Shown: piece by piece, positions 12,326 through 24,425 of the stretch
How positions within the stretch are numbered: the stretch's first letter is position 1
Layout of the letters: every line of letters begins with the position of its first letter
Assembly (NCBI RefSeq): GCF_963921235.1
Contig: NC_086098.1
Location: forward strand, 9,114,001 to 9,178,000
DNA from: Mobula hypostoma
Lineage: Eukaryota
Length of the DNA: 64,000 bases
Direction: 5' to 3'
Position numbers and translations under genes: made by a program
The notes under the pieces: model-generated
Seen by the model: only the letters and a program-made list of their open reading frames with translations
Database searches by the model: none
Told to the model about the DNA's origin: nothing

Positions 12326-12824
12326 GATTAAAACTTTACCCTATAACTTATTTTTAAAAGCTTTCTTTAGATTTGGGTATTCCAAAAGGTTTTATGCTCA
12401 TGCTTTTATTTTCCCTTCACACTTTCTCATTTGGATCAGAATAATTTACAAACTAAAACACCAAAACAGTGGCAACTAAGAACTTCAAGGTGTTTTTTTT
12501 AAAGTGAAGACATCCGTTAAGTAGTTTTATACTGGCTCAGTGCTGGTACATATGCACTGCTTAATGACTAGAATTTTGTTCTGTCTTGGATTTACTCAGT
12601 AGTTACATCATAAAGGAGCATTTGCTGATATTTCTAATTGTTCTTTTGTAGGGATGCCCTCTAACATTTTGTGGAGGCTCAGTTCTAATGGGGATTTGTG
12701 AAAACAAATGAAAAACAAAGTGACAGATTTCTGCCAACGGGAACTTGCTTGATTGTCAGGGAAAGTAACAAAGAATGGAATTAAAAATAACATTTAATCT
12801 CTGTGGTGTTTTTATTCTATTTAC

Positions 12825-13100
12825 CGTATTTATTTATTTCGAGATACAATGCGGAATAGGTCCTTCCAGCTCTGATAACCCTGATTTAGCCGGAGCCTAA
12901 TCACACGACAATTTGCAATGGCCATTTAACCTACCCGGTACGTCTTTGGACTGTGGGAGGAAACTGGAGAACCCAGAGAAAACCGACGCATTCCTTGGGG
13001 AGAATGCACAGATTCCTTACAGAGGATGCCGTAATTAAACTCTGAACTTTGTCGCCCTGAGCGGTAATAGTGTTGCACTAACTGCTACGCTAATGTGTTG
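12825..13100 (-). mobile_element. V-domain SINE
   Basis: Reverse-complement V-domain gtacgtctttggactgtgggaggaaactggagaacccagagaaaacc, with (ttta)n tail. Confidence 0.8.
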
Positions 13101-13629
13101 CCCTTTTCTTTCATTCTAAGCAGGGCAATTTGATTGTTTTCTAAAGATTAAAATCAAACAGAGCAGTTGGAGTTGAATTGGCGAAGGATTTCCTGCAGTT
13201 GAATTGTCCTGCAATTTCTGCAAGTAGGTTGATAGAAACTATCAATGAGTTTTCACTGTCAGAGTTTCTGCATTGGTCTTTACCATTGCAAGAGAAATAC
13301 AGGTTTTTTTTAAAAGTAGTTTTTAGATCAATGAATCAGCATGAATGTGCCATAGCAAATTTCAGGGTACTGTGAGCAAACCTATGTGGATGTTTTGTAA
13401 TGTTTGCGAAATAAAGTTTCTTCATATCATTACTCTTTTCTGCCATGTTATCAGCAGGCAAACTCATGCTGGATGCTTTAAGTGTTACTTATATTTTCCA
13501 CAAGTTACGTCTTGTAATGACTACATGGTAAACACTCAGTGCTCATTGATGTTCAACCGGTTTTTGAATGTACCTTGCCATCTAATTATATTTATCTCAT
13601 ACATTTAGCATTTCCTCATATTGCCAACC

Positions 13630-14460
13630 CAGTAGATGTGTAGTGTAGATTGTAGGTGTGTAATGGAGAGTGTATATACTGGCTGTATCCAGCCTTGGTA
13701 TGGAAGCACCAATGCTTTTGAACAGAAAGTCCTACAAAAGATAGTGGATTTGGCCATGTACATTATGGGTATAATCCTCCTAACCATTGAGCACACTTAC
13801 ATAAAATGCTGTCACGGGAAAGCAGCATCCATCATCAGAGATCCTCACTACCCAGGCCATGCTCTTTTCTCACTGCTGCCATCAGGTAGAAAATACAAGA
13901 GCTTCAGGACTCACACCACCAGGTTCAAGAACAGTTACTACTCCTCAACTCTTGAACCAGTGTGGATAACTTCAGTTGTTCCATCACTGAACAGTTCCCA
14001 CAACCTACTGACTCACTTTCAAGGACTCTTCATCTCAAGATCTCAATATTTATTGCTTGTTTATTTATTTATTATTATTTTGTGTTTGCGCAGTTTGTTG
14101 TCTTTTGCGTGTTGGTTGTTTGTCCACCCAGTTGGGTTGGTTCTTTTTTTGAGGCTCTTGAACAAAAGGGGTAACTACACTCACTTGCCCATTCTTGGAG
14201 AAGTTCTCACAACCAGTTATCTCACTTTAAGGATGCTTTATCTCATTATCTCAAGTTCATACTTTTTTGCTATTTATTTATAGTTGCACAGTTTGTCATT
14301 TTCTGAACTCTACTTGATCTTTCATTGATCCTTTTATAGTTACTACTCTATAGATTTGTTGAGTTTACCCACAGGAAAAAGAATCTCAGGTCAGGGTTGT
14401 ATTTGGTGACATATATGTACTTTGATAATAAAATTTACTTTGAACTTTGAACTTTAATAA
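13630..14460 (+). mobile_element. Rex1/Babar LINE 3' fragment (composite 3' UTR)
   Basis: MESVYTGCIQPWYG…KAASIIRDPHYPGHALFSLLPSGRKYKSFRTHTTRFKNSYY, tail tttgaactttgaacttt. Confidence 0.85.
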
Positions 14461-15151
14461 CATGATTCTTCTCCCCCTGAAATTGTTCTATCCCCTCTTC
14501 TCCCCTCCCCTAAAGAAGGGGTTTCTTCTACAACTGTACAGCTTAGCAACTGCTCTCAGCTATGTTTCATACCTTCATGTTGTTAGCCAAAATCAATTTT
14601 TAAGTCATGGAAGTGAAAACCATCATCTTTTTCAGCTATTTGATTACAATTCTCATCTGATGATGTTCATTGCGTAGTGATCAGTTAGAAATGAGCCGGA
14701 ACAGGCAAAAGATATTTTTCCCTACACCTCAACAAAAATTTGCCGAGGCAAAGCTGAACATATTTAAATGGTTAATATTTCACATCCAAGAAAAATATAT
14801 ACTTAGCTTTGGCAAGTGGAGGTCTTGCTCTATGTATCTATGTATCTGAATCGTATTTCTCTGTCACAGCAGATTCTCATTCTTCTTGGCCAAGTTTATT
14901 ATCAGCTGCCTCACTTTAGGCTGCTCACCACAACCTCTATTGAACAGTTACAGCAATTGCACTTATTAGCCTATTTTTTTTTCACCCATTTAAAACCCCA
15001 AAAGTGAACTTCAACCATAGTAACATTTTCACCATTCTTTACCTTAGTGAGCTTCCTGCTGCCATCATCTCCCCTCAGAAGACTGTGCCCTTCTATCAGA
15101 TTCCTGCTCATTCACATCCTCAAAGCCTTGGGCTTAAAATTTTGTTTTGTC

Positions 15152-15510
15152 ATTGAGGTATACAAAATTATGAGGGGTATAGATGCAAGCATGCTTTTTC
15201 CACTGAGATTTGGTGTGACTACAATTAGAGGTCATGGGTTAAGGGTGAAAGGTGAAAAGTTTAAGGGGAACATGAGGGGAAACTTCTCACTAAGAGGGTC
15301 TTGAGAGTGTGGTACGTGCTGCCAGTGCAAATGGTGCATGCGAGATTGATTTCAATGTTTAAGCGAAGTTTGGATAGGTATATGGGTAGTAAGGGTATGG
15401 AGGACTATGATCCTGGGGCAGGTCGATGGGAATAAGCGGTTTGAATGGCTCGGTATGGACTGGATGGGCTGAATGGCCTGTTTCTGTGCTGTACTTTTCT
15501 ATGATTCTAG
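15152..15510 (+). mobile_element. CR1 LINE 3' end
   Basis: IEVYKIMRGID…RGHGLRVKGEKFKGNMRG with CR1 3' UTR ggcctgtttctgtgctgta. Confidence 0.9.
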
Positions 15511-16019
15511 ATCACCGTGGCTAACCTAACTTCTTACTACACTATGTTCAGTGTTAAATACTGATGGTTTAATAACCAGTTCCAACTTAACTGGCGTATT
15601 CCTCCACCCCTTGTGTTTTTTTTGTTCAAATGTAGTCCACTTGAATTTCCAGATGTTTCCCACAATGTGATTTTCTTTCTCTACATCTGAATTATGAAAC
15701 TCAATCTTGATTTGATTTTCCCATTTCCCAATTTCTTCTTGATTGGCTTGTTTGTTTTTGTCTTTCTCCATCTTGTCCTTGCAACTAAGTCTTTCAATTG
15801 TGTATTGAATTACCTCCTTGATTTAATTAGCACATGTAAGTTTGAGACCAGTGAATTCTATATCACTTTTTTTCCAACCCATCATGTGACCCACTAACGT
15901 GGAAAGCTCACTAATGTTTCTACTTTCTGAGGAAGCTGAAGGGAACTGGATTATGCACATCAATACTCACATCATTCTACAGATGTGTGATAGGGCGCAC
16001 CCTAGGAAGCTGCATCATT

Positions 16020-16550
16020 GTACGTTATATTATGGAAAGTGCACTGCAGCAGACTCAAAATTTCCTAATGCATCACCAGCACCAGCCTACCTGACATCAA
16101 GGACAGATATATATAGAAAGGTGCCAGATAAGGGCCAGTAACATCATGAAGGATCCCACCCACCCTGCTCATGGACTGTTTGTCCCACTCCATGAGGGAG
16201 GAGACTATGTAGCATCCCAACCAAGACCACCAGACTCAAAAACAATTAGTTTCCCCCAAGCAGTAAGGCTGATCAACACCTCCACCCACTAACCCACCCC
16301 TCCATATTCCCAACCACCACTACTTTATCATTTCCTGTCAGAGTCACCATGTACGGCCACTTATGTGGCTGACATCACTTTATGGACATAAAAGCAATCT
16401 ATGTATAGAAACAATATTGTGTATTTATATATGTATTTATTAATGTGTTCTTTAACCTATGTTTTTCTTGTGCTGCATCAGATTCAGAGTAACAGTTATC
16501 TTGTTCTCCTTTACATGTGCACTAGAAATAACTTTAAATAGTCTGGAATT
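16020..16550 (+). mobile_element. Rex1/Babar LINE 3' fragment
   Basis: aacatcatgaaggatcccacccaccctgctcatggactgttt (NIMKDPTHPAHGLF) plus 3' UTR. Confidence 0.75.
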
Positions 16551-16766
16551 GTAATGTACTTCTGACATCGCATTAAAACACAAATATTCACTGCTTGATT
16601 TTTTCCTCTTATGCTGCAATTGTGTTTATTGCTGTCAATTTAATTTAAATTTCTCTTAATCATTCTACCACCATATTATCATGTCATTTAGTAATCCAGC
16701 TATTAATAAACAATCCCCACCTTGCTGCTGAGTGAAACGGCTATCACTCTGACTTCATATCTATTA

Positions 16767-18255
16767 CAGGTCTCCCCCACCATTCGAAGGTAGAGTGTTC
16801 CTATGAAATGGTTCGTAAGCCGGAATGTCGTGAAGTGAAGAAGCAATTACCATTTATTTATATGGGAAAAATTTGTGAGTGTTCGCAGACCCAAAAAATA
16901 ACCTACCAAATCATACCAAATAACACATGAAACCTAAAATAACAGTAACATATAGTAAAAGCAGGAATGATATGATAAATACACAGCCTATATAAAATAG
17001 AAATACTTTTCTACAATCATTGCTGCACTGTTCTCCATAGCGAAAGTCTCACGCAAGCGCTCTCGGCAGAAACACTTTCTCCAGTAATCTTTAAGCTATG
17101 AAGCTGCCAAATAACACATAAAAATACACAGCCTATATAACGTAGAAATAATGTATGTACAGTGTAGTATCACTTACTGGAACCGGGAAGACAGCGCCGA
17201 GCACACTGATGATGGTGTGTTAGGCTGAGTCATCGGAGGTTGGGGTGGTGCAGTGGTCCCCAACCTCCGGGCCACCGACCCATACCGATCTGCAAAGAAT
17301 GCAGGGGTACAGCGGTAGCCGGGACGCACCCAGCACATCTTTAAGAAAAAAGCCGAAATAAACAAGCTAATTAATTAGGTGCTGCCCAGCACATAAATGT
17401 TGGTCCAGATCAGAGGCAATGCAATTGGCAATCGCCTCTGATCTGGGCCATCATTTACATGCTGGGTGGCACCTGATTAATTAGCTTGTTTATTTCGGCT
17501 TTTTTCTTGAAGATGTGCTGGGTGCATCCCGGCTACCGCAGCATTCTCCGCGGCAGTGTATTGGTCCGTGGCCCGGGGGTTAGGGTGGTGGGACACTGGG
17601 GTGTCATCTCATCGTGGTCCGTTTCCATCAGGGCTGGCAGGTCATCTTCTTCTATGTCTGCCTGCCTCGATGTTGAAGGTCGAGGTTCGTCGTCTGCTGT
17701 GGCTGATGTGGGAGGCTTGCTTGACTGCTTAGCCTTGCGCATTTTTCTATCATCTCATGCAGTTGCTTCACAGTCAGTTCCTGGACAACTTCTCTTTCGG
17801 TCCATTCGCTACTGCATTCGGTTTCGATTGTTATCCTTTCCTCTTCCAATTGCATCAGCTCTTTACCTATCAGTTCTTGGTCATGGGATACCAAAACCTC
17901 TTCAGCATCATCTTCGTCAACTTCCACAAGCCAAACTCACTTTGTCCTTACTTCGTTCCCCACGATCGAAACACTTAATTATGTCTAGTTTTATGCTAAG
18001 TGTAATACCCTTATGAGCTCTTTTAGGCTTTTCCAATACCTTAGAACTCATCTTACTAATGGCTGCTCACAGGCACGTGTTTAAGCAATGCCGGCTAGAA
18101 TGCAGTTCCGGGGGAGGAGCAGCTGCTCGGGGCACGCGCTGCCTTTTTTCGTAACAGTGAAAACACCTTCTGTTAGTGAAAACAGGGAACTAATGTAGGT
18201 CTTTTGTAACAATGAGGTTTCGTAAAGCGAACGTTCGAAAAGCGAGGGACACCTG
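16767..18255 (-). mobile_element. Tigger/pogo-family internal-deletion derivative
   Basis: Imperfect TIRs TA|caggtctccccc…ttcgaa and ttcgaaaagcgagggacacctg|CA. Minus-strand N-terminus MSSKVLEKPKRAHKGITLSIKLDIIKCFDRGE (ATG 18051) is joined directly to the acidic C-terminus EVDEDDAEEVLVSHDQELIGKELMQLEEE. DDE core deleted. Confidence 0.85.
17251..17590. mobile_element. Palindromic hAT(Charlie)-like MITE nested in the Tigger derivative
   Basis: Starts cagtggtccccaacc. Long internal inverted repeat 17312-17539 centred ~17424. Right end ggtccgtggcccgggggttaggg. Confidence 0.7.
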
Positions 18256-18599
18256 CAACTATAATGGAATAACACTTAGGAAGAGTGAGTTTATCAGATC
18301 TGTGTTGTGGATAGTGTTGTAGATGCTATTTGGCTCTATTCCTGGAGAGTTCTTCATGTGATGTATTGTCTCAGATGTAATCATTCTGATGTAACTTGCT
18401 ACATGACAACAACATGCTAGTGATTGGCATTTAACAAAACCTGAATAGTCTGGCCAACCTGATCAGATATTTGGATTAGGTTTCAGCTTCATGCTCCAAT
18501 TCATGTCTTGATGGCATGCAGGACTTTCTCTTCCCTATCTACTATCTCACCTATAAAACTTGTGTCACAGAATCTGTCATACACCTGAAACGTGTAACG

Positions 18600-18890
18600 A
18601 CTAGGGAAGGAAATGCCTCAAGAAGGCAGCTTCTATTAGCGACCCTCACATCGGGACATGACTACCATTGGGGAGGAGGTACAGGAACTTGAAGACTCAA
18701 TGCTTTAGGAGCCGCTTCTTCCCCTCCACCAACAGATTTCTGAATGGTAGATAAACACTACCTCACTCTAATTCTTTTGCACTATTTATTTATTATAACT
18801 TATAGTAATTTCAATTTCTTGCTACTGTAATGCTGCCACAGTACAACAAATTTCACCGCATATGTCTATGGTAATAAAGCTGATTCTGGT
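18600..18890 (+). mobile_element. Rex1/Babar LINE 3' fragment
   Basis: aaatgcctcaagaaggcagc…gggaggaggtacagga…cttcttcccctccacc, tail aataaagctgattct. Confidence 0.7.
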
Positions 18891-19974
18891 GCTAATTGCT
18901 GTAGCTTAGGCATAAGCACACTTTGTGCAACAGGTAATGCTCAAGTGTTTCAAGTTTGTCAGTTTAGCTGATTCGCTCCCCATGAATACATCCTTTAAGT
19001 TGTATCCATCAATCGCATGAACATGTACAAGTGTGCACATACTGACAGACAGATCTATTGACAGAATTTTTAGGAGTCTTTAAGAGGAGAAGATTCCTCG
19101 TTAATGCAGAGGTCACTTCTGAGGTGATCACTTAGCATTTGGATAGGACAGATAAATGGTGAAACTGGAAACTACCAGTCCAGTGTTTCAGGCACTTGTG
19201 GATTGATGTGTATTGATTATTTAGATATCAATGACAGGTTCAGAAAGCTATCAAAATGGGTAATGGAATGGTGATCTTCACCTCTTGAGGACGAGAATGT
19301 AAGGTGATAGAAGTTGTGCCAAGTTTGTGAGAAAAGATTTCTCCTGTTGGTTAACCTTTTTTTTACAGTTGCATGAATCCTTTATTGGGTTAACTCTCCA
19401 AGTCCTTACTTTCTGTTGGACTTGTGAAATCAAAATGCCACCCTTGAGAGAAACATTTAGTTAAATCAAATATAATCTGAGAACTTCTATCAGAGCTAAG
19501 GCATCACACTTACAAAGCAAGATTTTCCATTTGGGTGCAATGGATTCAAAGTACTGTGTGATTCACACACACCCAGAGTCATATTGCTGACCCCACCATA
19601 ATTTCTGGGTCAGCCTCATTTAAATATAGTGGGCGAGCTCAGAACAAACAGTTTGTCTGTTGGGAGGTGGAAATGGCACAATGTGGGAGGTGATAAGGCT
19701 TGCAGCAGCTTTAAAGGGCTCTAAGGACATCATCTAACTTGTTTGTGTGGCACTTCACCAATACATATATGGAGAAACATGGTAGCCATGACTAAGAGAG
19801 ATAAGCTGATGAGGCAGACTGTTTTTAGAAAGGTGAAATGCAGGTTGCCAAGTGAAAAGCAAATACGTACTTGCAGCACCTCTCATAATCTTAGAGCATG
19901 AAAGTACTTTATATTCACCATGATACTTTTAAGATCACTGGTGCCAGGTTGCATTTGTAGCGAGGTATTTATAA

Positions 19975-20532
19975 AACCATAACATATAGGAGCAGATTAG
20001 GCCATTTGGCCCATCGAGTCTGCTCCACTATTTCATCATCGCTGATCTACAAACATATTTCCCTCTTAGCCCCAATCTCCTGCCTTCTCCCCGCATCCCT
20101 TTATGCACTTACTAATCAAGAATCAATCATTCTCTGCCTTAAATATACCCAGATGACTTGGCCTTCACAGCCACCTTGGGTAAGATTCACCACTCTGGCT
20201 GAAGAAATTCCTCCTCATCTGTGTTCTAAAAGGATGCCCCTCTGTTCTGAGGCTGTGATCTCTGGTTTTAGACTTCCTTTACTATGGAAAATATCCTCTC
20301 CACATCCACTCTATCAAAGCCTTTCAATATTTGATCGGTTTCAATGAGGTCACCTCCTCATTGTTCTGAATTCCAGTGAGTAGAGGCCCAGAGCCATCAA
20401 ACGCTCTTCATATGATAAGTTTTTTAATCCTGTAATCATTTTTGTGAACCTCCTTTGAACCCTGTCCAATGTCAACACATCCGTTCTTAGATAAGAGGCC
20501 CAGATCTGCCCACAATACTCCATGAGGCCTCA
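19975..20532 (-). mobile_element. CR1 LINE 3' end
   Basis: Tail ccataacatataggagcagattaggccatttggcccatcgagtctgctcc. RT C-terminus on the minus strand begins at RPH-EYC. Confidence 0.9.
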
Positions 20533-20603
20533 ATTATGCAAGGTAATGTCTTATAGGCAGCTCAGATAGTCTTCATCTGTTGTTTTGGTTGCCCTTTCTC
20601 ATT

Positions 20604-20953
20604 GGTGGAGGGGCAGGTAGTGTTGAGGAAACAGGTAGGCTGCAGAAGTACTTAGACAGATTAGGAAAATGGGCAAAAAGGTGGCAAATGAAATACAATG
20701 TTAGAAAATGCATGGTCATGCACTTTGGTAGAAGAAATAAGTGTGCAGACTATTTTCTAAATGGGGAGAAAATCCAAAAATCTGAGATGCAAAGGGACTT
20801 GGGAGTCCTTGTGCAGAATGCCATAAAGTTTAACTTGCAGGTTGGTTTGGTAGTGAGAAAGGCAAATGCAATATTAGCATTTATTTCAAGAGGTCTACAA
20901 TACTAGAGCAGGATGTGAAGCTGAGGCTTTATAAGGCACTGGTGAGCCCTCAC
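20604..20953 (+). mobile_element. CR1 RT segment, inverted relative to the contiguous 19975-20532 piece
   Basis: GGGAGSVEETGRLQKYLDRLGKWAKRWQMKYNVRKC…RKANAILAFISRG, ending at the LVRPH-equivalent ctggtgagccctcac. Confidence 0.9.
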
Positions 20954-20996
20954 ACTTTTCTAATATTTCTGTTCTGAACTATTTTTAATCTATTTA

Positions 20997-21001
20997 ATAT
21001 A

Positions 21002-21040
<39 letters not shown>

Positions 21041-21044
21041 GTAT
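20997..21044. repeat. (TG)n(TA)n microsatellite within a LINE 3' UTR remnant
   Basis: Directly visible. Confidence 0.95.
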
Positions 21045-21259
21045 ACACTCACATATATTTTTACTGTAGTTGATTTACTTATTTTTTCTTTCTACAGTAT
21101 CATGCATTGCATTGTACAGCTGCTGCTAAGTTAATACATTTTTATGACACATGACGGTGATAACCTACCTGATTCTGATCATATCCAAAAACTGACAGCT
21201 CTGTCACTGCAACACTCTGTCATTATTGTACCAAAGTATGAATGTAGATTACCTGCTCA

Positions 21260-21478
21260 GACAAAAACAGAAATATTCAGCAAATAACAACTCAATAGAT
21301 GGAGCAGCTTCTGCAGAGGTAATGGATACTTGAATTTTCAGGTTATGACCCTTCATCTGGACTTGACCTGAAACAGCGACTATTCATTTCCTTCCACAGC
21401 TAGTGCTTGGCTCGCTGAGCTTCTCCAATATTTTGCTCTGTTTTTTTGCTCCCGATTCCAGTATCTGCAGTTTCCCAT
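21260..21478. mobile_element. Old palindromic PLE mini-element
   Basis: tttcaggttatgacccttcatctggac followed by ttgacctgaaacagcgact. Right arm ends gattccagtatctgcagtt. Confidence 0.6.
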
Positions 21479-21517
21479 ATCAGTACTTGGCATATCAGAC
21501 ATCATCTGACATCTGAC

Positions 21518-21795
21518 TGGTAGTGTAGTGATTAGCACCATGCTTCACAGCAACCCGTCTTCAATTCCTGCCATAGCCGGTAAGGAGTTTGTACGTTCTC
21601 CCAGTGATTGTGTGGGTTTCCTCTGGGTGCTCTGGTTTTGTCCCGCAGTCCAAAGACGTACCAGTTTGTAGGTTAATTGGACAGTGTAAATTGTCTCGTC
21701 ATTAGGCAAAGTTAAATAAGGGGTTGTGGAGCAGGACAGCTCGAAGGACCGGAAGGGCCTATTATGTGCTGTATCTCAATAAGTAAATAAATAAA
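21518..21795 (+). mobile_element. V-domain SINE
   Basis: ggtagtgtagtgattagc…ttcaattc…ggagtttgtacgttctccc…gtccaaagacgtacc, (aaat)n tail. Confidence 0.85.
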
Positions 21796-21877
21796 CCTAC
21801 GGAAAAAGAAATACAAGTGTAGAAACAGGAGCTGTTCAGCTTTGGAGTAACGACCAACTTTAGCATTTCCTCTACAG

Positions 21878-22352
21878 GTTATAGAGTTATAGAGACGTGA
21901 AAAAGTACAGCACAGAAACAGTCCCTGCTAAACCATTTAAATTGCCTTCCCCAATTGACCTGTACCTGGATCATAGTCCTCCATGCCCCTGCCATTATTG
22001 TTTTTACCAAACTTTTCTTAAATATTGAAATCAAACTGCATACACCACTTATGCTGGCAGCTTGTTCCACACTCACAAGGTTGAAGAAGTGTCCCCTCAT
22101 GTTCCCCTTAAACTTTTCACCCTACATCCTTTACCCATGACCTCAAGTTGTAGTCCAACACAACCTCATTGGAAAAAGCCTGCTTGCATTAACCCTATCT
22201 ATACCCCTCATAATTTTGTATACCTTTTAAATCTTCCCCCAATCTTCCATGTTCCAAGAAATAAAGTCCTAATCTATTCAATCTTTTCATATAACTCAGG
22301 TTCTTCAGTCCTGGCAACATCCTTGTAAGTTTTCTCTGTACTCTTTCCAGGT
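21878..22352 (-). mobile_element. CR1 LINE 3' end
   Basis: Same subfamily as 51640-52400, tail gttatagagttatagag. Confidence 0.85.
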
Positions 22353-23262
22353 CATCCAAAACTCACAATGTACTGATAGATTAATCCACACGTGATGGAT
22401 ATATAATATAATATCCATATAAACCTCCATATAATCCATCGCACATCCAGTGGCTAGCAAAAATGTTCAAAGGACTATGATATAACATATTCCAACTATG
22501 TAGGTGCATAATTCTCTCTGTTTAGAGGGAAGAATTTCATGCTTTCAAAGTACAGTTTATTTGCAAACAGCTGAGCAACATGCGCCAACTGAAAATTTGA
22601 GTCTTTGGAACTTTTTAAGTAATTGTCTGTCCCAGAATTCTTAGGTTCTGAAAGATAAGCCTCAGGATAATATGTGGGAGATCAAGATTATTTACTGCAA
22701 ATTAACTAATGACATCTGTGTGGTTTTGGGGAATAATAGCCTGATGCCACTCAGATACCTCAGTTACAGAACACCACACACAGTAACTGATTAATGAGGT
22801 CCAATAATGTGGACTTGGAGAAGCATTCATGGATGGCTGAATAACATAAGAGGTTGCATGGTGCCTGATGGTAGAGCATTTCTCAGGTACCAAGTTAGGG
22901 AAACAAGTGGCACTCAAAGAAGATAAGATGATCAGTCTCTTGTCTTCTGCAGGAGATATTTGTTTCACTCTGAAATGGGAGACTTTCTCTTGTCTATCGT
23001 TTTGTAAGTTGCAGAGAAGGGGGCAAGAGTGGCAAAATAATGGGATTATCTATTATAGATTAATAGTCTTAGGATACCTTTATCAGAACTTCCCCCCCAA
23101 ACATTCCTCTGAATCTATGAAAACTTTTCACTGTGAAATTTAATAAATCTCTATTTATATCTGCAGTTTCAAACATCTTCACATGTACATGCATGCAGAT
23201 CAATCACATTGCCACCATAATCACATGGAAAAATCATATGTGAGTAGATGAATGTAAAAAGC

Positions 23263-23853
23263 ACAAAGTAAATTTTATTATCAAACAACACATATGTTAC
23301 CATACACAACCCTGAGATTCATTTTCTTGGGGGCATGCTTAATAATTCCATAGAATAATAACTATAACAGAATCAATGAAAAACTACACAACTAGGCCAT
23401 TCAATCAGAGTGCAGAAGACACCAAACTGCAAAAGCAAAAGGAGAAACAATAATAGTAAATAAATAAGCAATAAATATCGAGAACATGGAAGTCTTTGTA
23501 AGTGTGTTCATTGACTGTGGGAACATTTCATTGATGGGGTAAGTGAAGTTGAGTTGAAGCTATCCTCTTTGGTTTAAGAGCCTGATGGTTGAGGGGTAGT
23601 ATCTGTTCCTGAACCTGGTGGTGTGAGTTCTGAGGCTCTTGTACCTTCACGCTGCTGAACATCTCCTGGGATGGGGGTCGCTGATGATGGATGCTGCTTT
23701 CCTGCTATAGCGTTTCATGTAGATGTGCTCAATGGTTGGGAGGGCTTTACCAGTGATCCACTACTTTTTGTAGGATTTTCTGTTCAAGGGGTTTGGCGTT
23801 TCCATACCAGGCTGTGATGCAGTCAATACTTTCCACCACACATCTGTAGAAGT
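23263..23853 (-). mobile_element. Rex1/Babar LINE 3' fragment
   Basis: Homologous to 11490-12325. Confidence 0.85.
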
Positions 23854-24059
23854 ATAGAATGTAAATATGTTCAGTTCATGTTTGTTGGTGCTGGATTCTC
23901 CAGACTGCTACTTTGTAAATGGACCCATCCTTGTCAGTTAGGTTTTACTGTTATCCACAGGAATAGATGAAGTGGTTATCTAATGCATTCCGGTAGAACC
24001 CTCTTGAGGCTGAAGTTGCCATTAATGGTCAGTAGCTACGTTCACTGTAGGTAGTCATG

Positions 24060-24425
24060 CACTGGGAAGATACCAGTAAAACCTCTGTCACTAGAAGAGT
24101 TTAACAGGTGGCAGAGGAAAAAGTTCTTCATGTTTACAAAACCACTTTGGAAAAACTGCAATATTCTGACTACTTTTTGGGAATCTCTGGCCCATGGCTT
24201 CTCAAGATGGAGAAAGAGCAGCTGGGATGGCACTGTGAGCCTTGAATTCAAGTGTCAGGGACACACAGAAGCCGAGTGATGGAACCTCACAAAATACCCA
24301 CTCATCCTTCCCGTTGGGCAGCTCGCACCCCACCTGTGGTATAGTCTATGGGTCCCATATTGACCTCAGAAACCATAGAACTACAGTGCGACCACCAAAG
24401 AAGAAGAAGGAGGAGGAGGAGAAGT
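24060..24425 (+). mobile_element. RTE-clade LINE 3' remnant
   Basis: Degenerate GG.RK…WESLAHG.SRWRKS.WDG and C-terminal PTCG.VYGSHI.LRNH resemble RTE ORF ends. (gaa/gga)n tail. Confidence 0.6.

Noticed and set aside
13636..14283. 215-aa ORF with hydrophobic tail as a membrane protein
   Set aside because: Rex1/Babar C-terminus reading into a T-rich 3' UTR
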